Assembly: GCA_021513715.1 (NCBI GenBank)
Contig: CP084167.1
Span: 386,124-450,123, forward strand
DNA from: Candidatus Heimdallarchaeum endolithica
Lineage (GTDB): Archaea > Asgardarchaeota > Heimdallarchaeia > Heimdallarchaeales > Heimdallarchaeaceae
Length of the DNA: 64,000 bases
Direction: 5' to 3'
Shown: one piece after another, positions 49,073 through 58,394 of the stretch
How the letters are laid out: each line of letters starts with the position of its first letter
Numbering within the stretch: position 1 is the first letter of the stretch
Notes under the pieces: model-generated
Databases searched by the model: none
Told to the model about the DNA's origin: nothing
Seen by the model: the letters and a program-made list of their open reading frames with translations, nothing else
Made by a program: the position numbers and the translations under genes

Positions 49073-49936
49073 TTATTTTTGCCTTTCTAGAATATATTCT
49101 CTTAAAGCTTGAACTACAGGCAAAGAATGAGTGCTCTTATTGTCTCCTAAATTTTTGTAAGTTGAATTTTTCATTAGTTTTGCTATTTTTTTTGTAATCT
49201 TTGCATCATGCATTTTATCTGCTTCTGCAGCTATTAGTAAAACTTCACTTTTAACGTTAGCATAGGTATCCCACCATTTAGGAAGAGCTAAAGGTTTACC
49301 AAATTTTTTCCATTTTCTCCCTTGAGCTTCATCTAAAACTCTAATATACTTTGCTGCTTGTTCAGGTGATTCTGATTTTGATTTTTTAATCCAAATTTTA
49401 AGTAGTGGTTTTAAAATATTGAAACTCCAGAAAGGAACAATTGGAACTATATATCTTGTTAAAGGAGGTAAATCAAATCTTGCAGGAGGAGCGACTAAAA
49501 CAGAGAATAATGGATTATATTTGTTATTTGCTAATCCATGGGCAATAACTGTTGCCCCAAAACATGAACCAAAAAGAATAGTCTTGCGTTGATCAAGCTT
49601 TTTAAGATTAATAATTTCTTTTAAGTCGTCACTCATTCTATTCATTCCTGTTTCGGACTTCTTTGAAATAATGCTAGACCCTTTTTCTCTGCTTTCTATA
49701 TAGAGAACATTAAAATCTTTACTGAGTTCCATTAACACTTCATCCCAGCCTAAAACTACAGAACCCCAACCTGCAAAAAGAACTATAGTATAAGTTTTAT
49801 CAGTTTCTTTGTCAACTTTAGAGGAAAGAACTCTTAATTGGGCTCCATCAGACATCATTAGGTATTCTTCTGTAGCAAATTTTTCATATTCTGCTTGTTG
49901 TAAATCAAAAAAGTTTTTTTCTATTTCAGCTACCAT
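49073..49936 (-). CDS. Alpha/beta-hydrolase fold protein with Cys nucleophile (GxCxG elbow)
   Basis: LFGSCFGATVIAHG nucleophile elbow with Cys in place of Ser (dienelactone-hydrolase-like). 287 aa. Confidence 0.45.
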   Translation of the reverse strand: MVAEIEKNFFDLQQAEYEKFATEEYLMMSDGAQLRVLSSKVDKETDKTYTIVLFAGWGSVVLGWDEVLMELSKDFNVLYIESREKGSSIISKKSETGMNRMSDDLKEIINLKKLDQRKTILFGSCFGATVIAHGLANNKYNPLFSVLVAPPARFDLPPLTRYIVPIVPFWSFNILKPLLKIWIKKSKSESPEQAAKYIRVLDEAQGRKWKKFGKPLALPKWWDTYANVKSEVLLIAAEADKMHDAKITKKIAKLMKNSTYKNLGDNKSTHSLPVVQALREYILERQK

Positions 49937-50090
49937 TATTTTTTAAAAAAATTAGCTTATTTAAAAAACTAATTAAAATCCCAAAATTCTAAAGAAAAAA
50001 TAAGTACGGGAAAAAAATTTTGTTATTTTTCTACTAATTGTAATCTTATGTAATATTTTTGTAATACTCTTTATTCATTCTTCAAGTTGA

Positions 50091-50810
50091 TTAATTTAGA
50101 AAAAAAAGTTTTGTAATCCATATATAACTTAATCCAATAGAAATTGCAAACCATGTAATTATTCTAATCCAATTTTCTTTTCTAAATTCAACCTTTTTGT
50201 AGTGTGACCTTTTAGATATATCAAAACCTTTGAAATACAAAGCTTGAGCTAAAAATTCAGAGCGATAGAGGACTGATGCTATAAAAATTGCAAGAATTTT
50301 TGGTAACCATTTTAGTATAGTAGTTCTTGTTTCTCTTAATCTTAAAGTTTCAAAAGTTTCTTCTGCATCTTTTATTATTCTTGGTGATAGCGTTAATACT
50401 AAAGAAGGAAGTAAAGCAATTTTAGAAGGAATATGTAAATTTTCTAATGCTCTGGTTAATTCGGAAGGATTAGTTTTAGAAAAGAAGAAAACAAAACTTA
50501 ATCCTCCATTAAGAATTCTAGTTATAGTAAGCAAAGAAGAATAAAAACCTGAAAAAATGTAAGTCATCCCTCCTAATAAAACCAGTAAAGGGAATATAGC
50601 AATTACAATGTTGAAAGCTCCAATACTATTGCCAAAAATTATGTTTTCTAATACTATTACAGATAACATTATAACTTGGATAACAATGTTAGAAGAAAAA
50701 ACAAATGAAAACTGAATTACTACGATAATTATACTTACTATTGGGTTAAATATTACTCCTTCAGATTGAAAAATTAATCCGCTGTAGATCTTGTTTAGTA
50801 AATAAGACAT
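50091..50810 (-). CDS. ecfT: ECF transporter transmembrane T component (EcfT/CbiQ family)
   Basis: 239 aa, five or six TM helices. Immediately downstream of and abutting the fused EcfA ATPase. Confidence 0.55.
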   Translation of the reverse strand: MSYLLNKIYSGLIFQSEGVIFNPIVSIIIVVIQFSFVFSSNIVIQVIMLSVIVLENIIFGNSIGAFNIVIAIFPLLVLLGGMTYIFSGFYSSLLTITRILNGGLSFVFFFSKTNPSELTRALENLHIPSKIALLPSLVLTLSPRIIKDAEETFETLRLRETRTTILKWLPKILAIFIASVLYRSEFLAQALYFKGFDISKRSHYKKVEFRKENWIRIITWFAISIGLSYIWITKLFFLN

Positions 50811-52466
50811 CTAATTTCCCTCCTGATAAAATTCTCTGTTATTAGTAAATATTGATATTTCTTCAACAGTAGCGATATGTGGAAGTTCAACTTTGAAAGT
50901 TTCTTCTAGTTCTAAAATAAATCTTACTAACTGATTGGGTACTAGTTTTGTTTTTTTCTCTAAATTATACAAGATTTCATGAGGAGTTCCTTGTAGTACG
51001 ATATTGCTTTCTTCAATTACAATTAAGTTGTCAAAAAAAGGTAGAATTCTTTGATCATTTGTAGCAATAATTACAACTTTTTCTTCTTTTTTTGCTCTTT
51101 GCATACAAGTGCTTAATAGATTCCTTCCTTCTTCATCTAAACCAATTGTAGGCTCGTCTAAAAGAATGAATTTTTTATTAGATAGAAAAGCAGTATATAT
51201 AGCTAGTATCCTTCTTTCTCCTTCACTCATGTGGTAAAGTTTTTTCGAGACTAATTCCCAGAAACCAAATTTAGATAGTTCTTCTTTAACAAAATCTAAA
51301 TCTGCTTTTGTTTTCTTTATATCGTCTAAAGGTGTTGGTCCCATCAAAAAAAGTTTTGCATTTTCAGGAACATAAGCCATAAATTTACTTGTCTGCCTTA
51401 AATTCTTGATCTTGTTTCCAAACAGGCTTATTTTACCCTCATTTGGTTTAAGAATACCAGAAATCAAGCGAAGAAGAGTAGACTTACCACTCCCATTTAT
51501 TCCTAGTAAACCTATAATGTTTCCAGGATAGATATTGAAATCAATATTTTTTAAAACAACTCTTTTATTATACCTAAACGAGACATTTTCAGCATTCAGA
51601 GCAATTTTATGATTGGCTTTTTTTGATTCTTCTGTCTTAATAATATGATTTCTTTTTATTAAATTTAGAATACTCTCAATTAGCTCCTTTTTACCATCTT
51701 CACCTTGTAAACTTTTTTTTACACCAAGTTTTTTAGCAAGAAGATAAATTTCTGGTAAGTCAACTCCCGTTAATTCAGATATTAACTCATTTGACTTTCC
51801 AGATTTAATTATTGTTCCATTCTCTATGAAATAGATGTTATCTGCCAGAGAAAACAAATAATCTAATCTGTGCTCAAAAACTATAACAAGATGACCCTTT
51901 TCTGATAGTTTCTTTAATGTTTCAGCGATCTTAATCTCTGAAGCTGGATCTATTCTTGCCATAGGTTCATCTAAAACCAATATTGATGGATAAGAAACTA
52001 AAGATGAACAAAGTTCGACTCTTTGAATCTCTCCTGAACTAAGTTCAGTCATTATTCTATCTTTTAAGTGTTCAACTTCTGTAACTTTTACTGTTTCAGA
52101 AATTCTCTCTTGAATAACGGTGCGAGGAAAAGAAAGGTTTTCTAAAGGAAAGGCAATTTCTTCTTCTACAAGCATATTGGTTATAAAATCTGAAGGATAT
52201 TGAGGAATATAACCAATTGTTCGAATAAGATCTAATCTTGATAATTGCTCTATTGATACACCGTTAATCAGTATTTTACCTCTAACTTCTGCAGGAACAA
52301 ATTTTGGAATTAACCCTAAAATAGCTTGTGCTAGAGTACTCTTACCACTACCACTTTTCCCAGCAAAAAGTACAAGTTGTCCTTTTTCTAAATGAAAATT
52401 TATATCCTTCAGATTCCATTTATTACTAGTTTTATATTTTACTGAAAGGTTTTCTAGCTCTAGCAC
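50811..52466 (-). CDS. ecfA: Fused duplicated ABC ATPase of an ECF transporter (EcfA1-EcfA2)
   Basis: Two complete ABC cassettes (Walker A GKSGSGKST and GINGSGKST; signatures LSSGEIQR and MSEGERRI; Walker B LVLDEP and ILLDEP). 551 aa. Confidence 0.7.
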   Translation of the reverse strand: MLELENLSVKYKTSNKWNLKDINFHLEKGQLVLFAGKSGSGKSTLAQAILGLIPKFVPAEVRGKILINGVSIEQLSRLDLIRTIGYIPQYPSDFITNMLVEEEIAFPLENLSFPRTVIQERISETVKVTEVEHLKDRIMTELSSGEIQRVELCSSLVSYPSILVLDEPMARIDPASEIKIAETLKKLSEKGHLVIVFEHRLDYLFSLADNIYFIENGTIIKSGKSNELISELTGVDLPEIYLLAKKLGVKKSLQGEDGKKELIESILNLIKRNHIIKTEESKKANHKIALNAENVSFRYNKRVVLKNIDFNIYPGNIIGLLGINGSGKSTLLRLISGILKPNEGKISLFGNKIKNLRQTSKFMAYVPENAKLFLMGPTPLDDIKKTKADLDFVKEELSKFGFWELVSKKLYHMSEGERRILAIYTAFLSNKKFILLDEPTIGLDEEGRNLLSTCMQRAKKEEKVVIIATNDQRILPFFDNLIVIEESNIVLQGTPHEILYNLEKKTKLVPNQLVRFILELEETFKVELPHIATVEEISIFTNNREFYQEGN

Positions 52467-52515
52467 TTACACCAACCCAATAAATAAAGAAAGAAAAAAA
52501 AAGGTTTGTATAAGG

Positions 52516-53286
52516 CTATTTTTCTTCTTCATCTTCATATGAGAGGAAGCCAATTTTGTACAGATAAGAAACAATAGGAATAGCTATTGCTGTGCCAAAA
52601 ACTACTTGTCCAAAGTTAAAAGGTATTTCTACCAAAGCAGCTCCAATACCAAAAAGCAACCACTCATAAAGGAAGTAACCAACAACAATGATCAAACCTC
52701 CTGAAATACAAGAGATAATCATTTTTCCTTTTTCTCCCCAAACCAAAGTTGATATCCAGATGAGAGCAATTAATAATAAAGAAATAATCAATATTATATA
52801 ACCAGGAAAAGTGAAAGTAAATTCTAGACCTCCAAGTCCAAAAAGAGATAATCCTCCTTCTATTTTATTGTTAAATAGCAAAGCAGAAGCTGTAATCATA
52901 AGTATTGAAATTATTGAAACAAATGTTAACTGAATCTTTTTTGAGAATTTACGTAGAAGCATAAATAGCATTCCAACAAAAAAACCTTCAGCCGACTTCA
53001 AAACAAAGGTAGCTGGGGCAAAAATAGCATAACCTAAGACTATATCTGCAAGAGCAGCTCCTACTCCTCCTGAAATCATTCCTACGATAGGCCCACCAAC
53101 TAAGGCTGCTACATAGATAAATGCCTCTCCTAGATTAAAAAATCCTTCAGAAGTCAAAGCTAAATAAAAAATTGAAGTCGCAAGAAAAACTAATGTAGTA
53201 AAAGATGCAGTCATTGCTAATCCTCTTAAATTAGCTATATCTGCGAAATCTTTTTTTATTGAATATCTTTCTATCATTATCATCAC
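52516..53286 (-). CDS. Polytopic membrane protein, candidate ECF substrate-binding S component
   Basis: 256 aa, six TM helices. Co-oriented and directly upstream of ecfA-ecfT. The panB gene is next upstream, suggesting a pantoate/pantothenate-related substrate (inference). Confidence 0.35.
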   Translation of the reverse strand: MMIMIERYSIKKDFADIANLRGLAMTASFTTLVFLATSIFYLALTSEGFFNLGEAFIYVAALVGGPIVGMISGGVGAALADIVLGYAIFAPATFVLKSAEGFFVGMLFMLLRKFSKKIQLTFVSIISILMITASALLFNNKIEGGLSLFGLGGLEFTFTFPGYIILIISLLLIALIWISTLVWGEKGKMIISCISGGLIIVVGYFLYEWLLFGIGAALVEIPFNFGQVVFGTAIAIPIVSYLYKIGFLSYEDEEEK

Positions 53287-53369
53287 TATTCAAGTATGAA
53301 CTTTAATATTCAAGATTGAACTTGTATACTCGATATAAAAAATTTGTGGTATGCCTTTAATACGTTAAA

Positions 53370-54173
53370 TTAGTCATATCGCTGCTCTTCAGAAGGAAAG
53401 GATCCGTTTTTCACTTCTTTATAATAGTTTTTGACAGCTTCAGAAATTATATCCTTAATATTAGCATATTGCTTAATAAACCTAGGTTTAACTTGAAAAT
53501 TTAACCCTAAAATATCGTCAATAACTAAAACTTGCCCATCACAATATTCTCCTGCTCCTATTCCTATAGTAGGAATAGTTACGTTTTCAGTTATTTTTTT
53601 TGCTAGTTTCCAAGGAATGGATTCTAAGACTATAGCAAAAACGCCTGCTTCCTCTAGCATTTTTGCATCTTCCAGAAGAATTTGTGCTTGTTTTTCTTCT
53701 CTTCCTTGAACCTTAAAACCGCCAAAAATGTTAACATATGTTGGAGTTAACCCAATATGACCAAGTACTGGAATACCAATATTAAGTATTTTTTCTATTT
53801 CTTTAATTCTCTCCCTTCCACCCTCAAGTTTTACTGCTTCTGCATTTCCTTCTTTAACCAACCTATATGCGTTTTTAACTGTTTCAAATGAGTTGATACC
53901 ATATGTTCCAAAAGGGAGATCTCCAATGAGTAGAGCTCTATTTACTGCTCTTGATACAGCTTGAGTGAGCATAATACTATTTTCTAAAGTTACTTTCAAG
54001 GTGTTATTATGACCTAAAATTGTCATTCCTAGCGAATCTCCAACAAGAATAGAATCAATTCCTGCATCATCAACAATTTTAGCTATTGGATATGTATAGG
54101 ATGTAAGCATAGTTATCTTTTCTTTATCTTCTTTCATTCTCTGAAAATCTTTTACTGTAACTTTATCTTGCAT
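53370..54173 (-). CDS. panB: 3-methyl-2-oxobutanoate hydroxymethyltransferase (ketopantoate hydroxymethyltransferase)
   Basis: KITMLTSYTYPIAKIVDDAGIDSILVGDSLGMTILGH and downstream conserved blocks match PanB. 267 aa. Confidence 0.75.
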   Translation of the reverse strand: MQDKVTVKDFQRMKEDKEKITMLTSYTYPIAKIVDDAGIDSILVGDSLGMTILGHNNTLKVTLENSIMLTQAVSRAVNRALLIGDLPFGTYGINSFETVKNAYRLVKEGNAEAVKLEGGRERIKEIEKILNIGIPVLGHIGLTPTYVNIFGGFKVQGREEKQAQILLEDAKMLEEAGVFAIVLESIPWKLAKKITENVTIPTIGIGAGEYCDGQVLVIDDILGLNFQVKPRFIKQYANIKDIISEAVKNYYKEVKNGSFPSEEQRYD

Positions 54174-54342
54174 TATTATCAGTCTACGATTTGCAATGTA
54201 CTATAAATTTTTTCGCTGTTTGTTACAATGTTGTTATTTTTTAAATTTGATAATTATAAAAATAATATATCAATAAAATATTAGTGAAAAATGTACTAGA
54301 GAATAGAGTATTTATATTGTTTTCACTAATTATTCTTAAGAA

Positions 54343-55263
54343 ATGAATTCCAATTTAAATTCAAAAAGGAAAAATAGGTATATTCCTAATAAAGCAGCTG
54401 CTGAATTTAAACCAACCTATGATTGGTCAGTACAAGAAGCAAAGAGACTTTATGAAGAGCGTAAGTATAGCTTTAATATTGATATTATTCATTATATAGA
54501 TTGTATTAAAGGAATGCGCTCATTTCCAGATAATAGTATTGATATGGTTATAGCAGACCCACCATTTGGATTAGATTTTAATGGAAAAGAAAGTATATAC
54601 AATAGAAATAAAGATAATGTAGTTGCGGGATATAAGGAAATAAAAATCGAAAATTACTTTGAATTTACAGATAAATGGATCGGAGAAATACCAAGGGTAT
54701 TAAAAAATGATGGCGGAGTATGGATATTTAGTGGGTGGACAAATCTAAAAGATATATTAATTGCATTAGAAAAGCATAAATTGACAATAATAAATCATAT
54801 AATTTGGAAATATCAATTTGGAGTATTTACAAGAAAAAAATTTGTTACTAGTCATTATCACATTCTTTTTGCTGTAAAAAACAAAGGAAACTATTTTTTT
54901 AATAAAATTGAACACTATCCAGAAGATGTTTGGTATATAAAACGAAAATACCATACTGGAATCAAAAAAAATGCAACAAAACTTCCCATTAATGTTGTTT
55001 TAAGATGTATTGATTTTGGAAGCAAACCAGGAGACTTGGTATTAGATCCTTTTATGGGAAATGGAACAACAGCAACAGCATGTAAAGGGGCATATAGACA
55101 TTACATAGGCTTTGAAGCAAACAAACAATTGAAAGAAATAATTGAATGGAACTTAAGTAAGATTACTTTAGGAGAATACTATATTCCTTATTCAGAAAGA
55201 CCTGATGAAATTGTTTCTGAAGCTAGAAAAAAATTTGGCATGGAAACAGAAATTAAAAAGTAA
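54343..55263 (+). CDS. Beta-class DNA methyltransferase, probably N6-adenine (motif IV DPPF precedes motif I)
   Basis: Motif IV VIADPPFGLDF, then motif I VLDPFMGNGTTATA, which is the beta permutation order. 306 aa. No intact partner gene. Confidence 0.75.
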   Translation: MNSNLNSKRKNRYIPNKAAAEFKPTYDWSVQEAKRLYEERKYSFNIDIIHYIDCIKGMRSFPDNSIDMVIADPPFGLDFNGKESIYNRNKDNVVAGYKEIKIENYFEFTDKWIGEIPRVLKNDGGVWIFSGWTNLKDILIALEKHKLTIINHIIWKYQFGVFTRKKFVTSHYHILFAVKNKGNYFFNKIEHYPEDVWYIKRKYHTGIKKNATKLPINVVLRCIDFGSKPGDLVLDPFMGNGTTATACKGAYRHYIGFEANKQLKEIIEWNLSKITLGEYYIPYSERPDEIVSEARKKFGMETEIKK

Positions 55264-55431
55264 AAAGAAAAGTTATTAAAACCAAAATTAATTGATTATT
55301 TCACTGAATGAATTTAAGAGTTAATCAAAGATTCTTATAAATGAGACCTTAGAACAATCAATCATATATTTAGGTCTTCTTGGACTACCATCTGCATTTC
55401 TCATTCCTTTTTGGAAATATCTTATCCAACC

Positions 55432-55544
55432 GTTTGACTGACCTTGAGACAATAGGTTTTCGTTTAACGCTAAAATAAAAAAGAACTTACGCATGGGTTG
55501 TAATCCTGTTTGACTGACCTTGAGACAATAGGTTTTCGTTTAAC
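55432..55544. repeat. Two copies of a 37-bp direct repeat GTTTGACTGACCTTGAGACAATAGGTTTTCGTTTAAC (55432-55468 and 55508-55544)
   Basis: The two copies are identical and lie 76 bp apart. The second copy encodes the C-terminus (LLSQGQSNRI) of the decayed gene on the minus strand. The first is a duplicate lying just past its stop. Confidence 0.7.
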
Positions 55545-56058
55545 CAAAGAAAATTAAATTCTTTAATATAAAACTTTGTTTTTCTTCTTCTAGATGGAGC
55601 ACCTCTTTTTTTTCTTTCAATTTCATATTTGCTTATTTTACCTTTTAGATTATCATGCCAAGCTTTAAACTCTCCAGTATTACCAAAAATAGCTTCTCCT
55701 TCAACAATAACATATCCAATTTCTCCGTAATCTCTGATACAATTATCAACAGCTTCACAATCATTAAGTATAAGTCACGATTTGTTTCTTGAATTAGATA
55801 TATGTGCCTTTATATCCCAAGAATGTTCATTTAAATAATCAAATTGTGTATTACTATACTAGGTCCATCACTTCCACCTAAATATTCAAACAAAAGTTCT
55901 TTGATTTTATATTCTATAAACCATCCAATCCATTCCATTTGTCTCCATTGATAATTTGCTTTTTTTAATGTTTGAATACATTTCTTATCATCAAGTGTTT
56001 TTTCCATATGTTTGTCAAGAAACAAAAATATCTTTTTTGCCTCAATTTTGTAACTCAT
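55487..56058 (-). pseudogene. Decayed gene (about 190 aa with one -1 frameshift and one in-frame TGA) next to the orphan methyltransferase; candidate inactivated restriction endonuclease
   Basis: The intact N-terminal ORF is 55831..56058 (MSYKIE...FIEYKIKELLFEYLGGSDGP). The frame shifts near 55830, then ...SNSRNKS*LILNDCEAVDNCIRDYGEIGYVIVEGEAIFGNTGEFKAWHDNLK...NRITTHA*. Coding-like composition is continuous across the lesions. The function call is inference from context only. Confidence 0.3.
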
Positions 56059-56502
56059 ACATGAAATTTTAAAAAAAGTGATAAAAGTCTTTTGAAATAC
56101 TTTTGAATGATAACTTAAAAAGATAATTCAATAAAATTATAAAAATAAAATGAGAATTTTGATTTTCACATTATAAACTACTAAAATTAAAAAAATAAGG
56201 TGTTGAGATTATATTTGTATAAAACAACACATTTTGATTTTAATTTATCCATTCAGATTTATTTTATTCTAACAGTTCAAATTAATTTATACTCATAAAA
56301 CAAGAAACTAAAGAATAGAATCAAAATTTTAATATTTCTAGCTTTAGCTAAAAGATCCTATAATCAATATATTCCATTCCTTGTCCATTTTTCTCATTTT
56401 TTTGACATATTTGTTATATTTTATTTTAATTGAATACATATCAAGAACTTAAAAAAAATATTTAGAGAAATGTTTGATCGGCTTATTTAAGTTATTTTTG
56501 CT

Positions 56503-56586
56503 ATTTTTTATTTTATTATTTTATTATTTTATTTTATTTTATTTTATTTTATTTTATTTTATTTTATTTTATTTTATTTTATTTTT
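56503..56586. repeat. (ATTTT)n pentanucleotide microsatellite, about 15 units, in a 700-bp AT-rich intergenic region
   Basis: ttttattttattttatttt... read directly. Confidence 0.8.
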
Positions 56587-56772
56587 AAATATCATTAGAA
56601 TATCGTTTTAAATTAATATTTCTTATCTATTAGAACTCTGCTTTGGAATGCAGATTCATTTATTTCTATTTAATATTTTAAAACTAAAATGTATATCTTT
56701 CTTTCAATTTCTTATAAATATTTTTCAAAATTAGCTCTATTTATCTATATAAATTAATTTTTATGACTATTG

Positions 56773-57486
56773 CTATTCTTTTTTACTAAGAAGAAGATAG
56801 TTTATTATCATTAGAAACAAAGCAAAAGCTTGATATCCAAGGATATAAGGTAAAATAATAATGTCGCCTGCAATGATTATTCCTGTAGTAAAAAGAGCCA
56901 TTGCCAAAATCAAAAATAGTAAAAAAAATAGAATAACATTTCTATTTTCTTTCTTCAATCCCATTGCTATCCAAAGCATGAGAAAAGAGAGAAGAAATGG
57001 TTGGAAAAAACCATTTATTGGCGAAATGGCTAAACTAGGAGCAAAGATAGCAACTAAATAAAAAAGAGAACTAAAGAAGAATAAAAGAATAAGAGTAAAC
57101 TTTCTTATAATTCTAGGATAGGTATTTAATTTATTTTTCCAATTGACTTTTCTTGAAAGTTTATGAATAATCTTGTTACTATCCTTAAAGAAACTGTATT
57201 TTTCTATGTTATTCATTTTTAAATTATTAATTATAAACAAAATTAGAGGGAGAATAAAAAGAGTGTAAGGCACATAAATAAGATAAGGGAACCAATAGAT
57301 CGCTGGGTCTTTTATTTCTTGGTCAACAGTATCCAAGTGTGATAACACATAAACTGATTGAACAATTGTACCAATGGTTATTAATATTAAACTCACAAAC
57401 ATAAAGTAAAGCAAGCCTATCCATATTTTATAACGTTGTTCAGTGAAGAGAACTTTTATTCCAGACCTTTTTCTTTCCAGATTCAT
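56773..57486 (-). CDS. Hypothetical polytopic membrane protein (237 aa)
   Basis: Six predicted TM helices. No recognisable motif. Confidence 0.35.
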   Translation of the reverse strand: MNLERKRSGIKVLFTEQRYKIWIGLLYFMFVSLILITIGTIVQSVYVLSHLDTVDQEIKDPAIYWFPYLIYVPYTLFILPLILFIINNLKMNNIEKYSFFKDSNKIIHKLSRKVNWKNKLNTYPRIIRKFTLILLFFFSSLFYLVAIFAPSLAISPINGFFQPFLLSFLMLWIAMGLKKENRNVILFFLLFLILAMALFTTGIIIAGDIIILPYILGYQAFALFLMIINYLLLSKKE

Positions 57487-57530
57487 TATTTAAATTTACT
57501 TTTTTAAATATATATAGTTTCTTAATTTTT

Positions 57531-58316
57531 TTACTTTGAATCTTTGAATCTTTTTAATTTTTCAGCATCAAAATTCTTTAATCTTTTACTCATAAAAGTA
57601 AGTGATGTATGTAACGAATTAAAATTTTCAAAATTATTAATTATCTCTTGAAGTTTTCTTGAATCTTCTTTTTTCATCTCTTGAGCTATTTTTATCATTT
57701 CAGGAATTGCTCTTATCACATTGTTTACAATAGTTATATTAGACCATAACGAAGTGCGAGAGAGAGGATTGAGATCAATGCTTATTACAGTTTTGTTTAA
57801 CTTTCTTAGAGCCATGGTTCGATCTCCATCTTCTAGTGGTACCATTACAACATCAGCGGAAAAGATACCTCTTTTATCAATAATTCTTCTTAAATGTGAA
57901 AGTTCTTTTATTTCCGTTTGATAATTAGGATCTAAACCGTATATTTTTTCTGCACCGTTATCTCTTAATACTTTTTCTAACGCTTTCATCCTTTTTTCAC
58001 TGCGATAGAATAAATTAACCTCTAATTTTGAATTTGTTTCTTCTGCTAGTTCAATTATTTCTCTGGGGCATAAAGCTGCAACATTTCCATTAACGCTAAT
58101 AACTGGATTATCTGCTAAAAGAAGGCTAGCTACTGCGGCTTCTTCTTGTTCTAAAGCAAAAGAAGGAGTTTTTTCTCCTATTAAGTAATCAAATGCTTCT
58201 CCTCTTCCATGCGCTATTAATCCTGCTTCTGCAACAATATTTGAATGCATTCCTTCAATAATTAACTCTCTAACTCTAAGTGAATCTGCTCTTGGATGAT
58301 CTTTAGGAATCTTCAT
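57531..58316 (-). CDS. Archaeal-type 4-phosphopantoate--beta-alanine ligase-like protein (phosphopantothenate synthetase, COG1701/DUF137)
   Basis: 261 aa. N-terminal KDHPRADSLRVRELIIEGMHSNIVAEAGLIAHGRGEAFDYLIGE resembles the conserved PPS N-terminal block. The panB gene is nearby. Memory-based assignment. Confidence 0.45.
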   Translation of the reverse strand: MKIPKDHPRADSLRVRELIIEGMHSNIVAEAGLIAHGRGEAFDYLIGEKTPSFALEQEEAAVASLLLADNPVISVNGNVAALCPREIIELAEETNSKLEVNLFYRSEKRMKALEKVLRDNGAEKIYGLDPNYQTEIKELSHLRRIIDKRGIFSADVVMVPLEDGDRTMALRKLNKTVISIDLNPLSRTSLWSNITIVNNVIRAIPEMIKIAQEMKKEDSRKLQEIINNFENFNSLHTSLTFMSKRLKNFDAEKLKRFKDSK

Positions 58317-58394
58317 TAAAATACGTAATTTTTTTGCATTTATATTGATTTAGATAAAATAATAAAATGAAAAAAGAAAATGGAAAAGAAGAAT

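Noticed and set aside
56503-56586. CRISPR array
   Set aside because: The only tandem array in the window is a 5-nt microsatellite with no spacers. No repeat-spacer architecture and no cas genes are seen anywhere.
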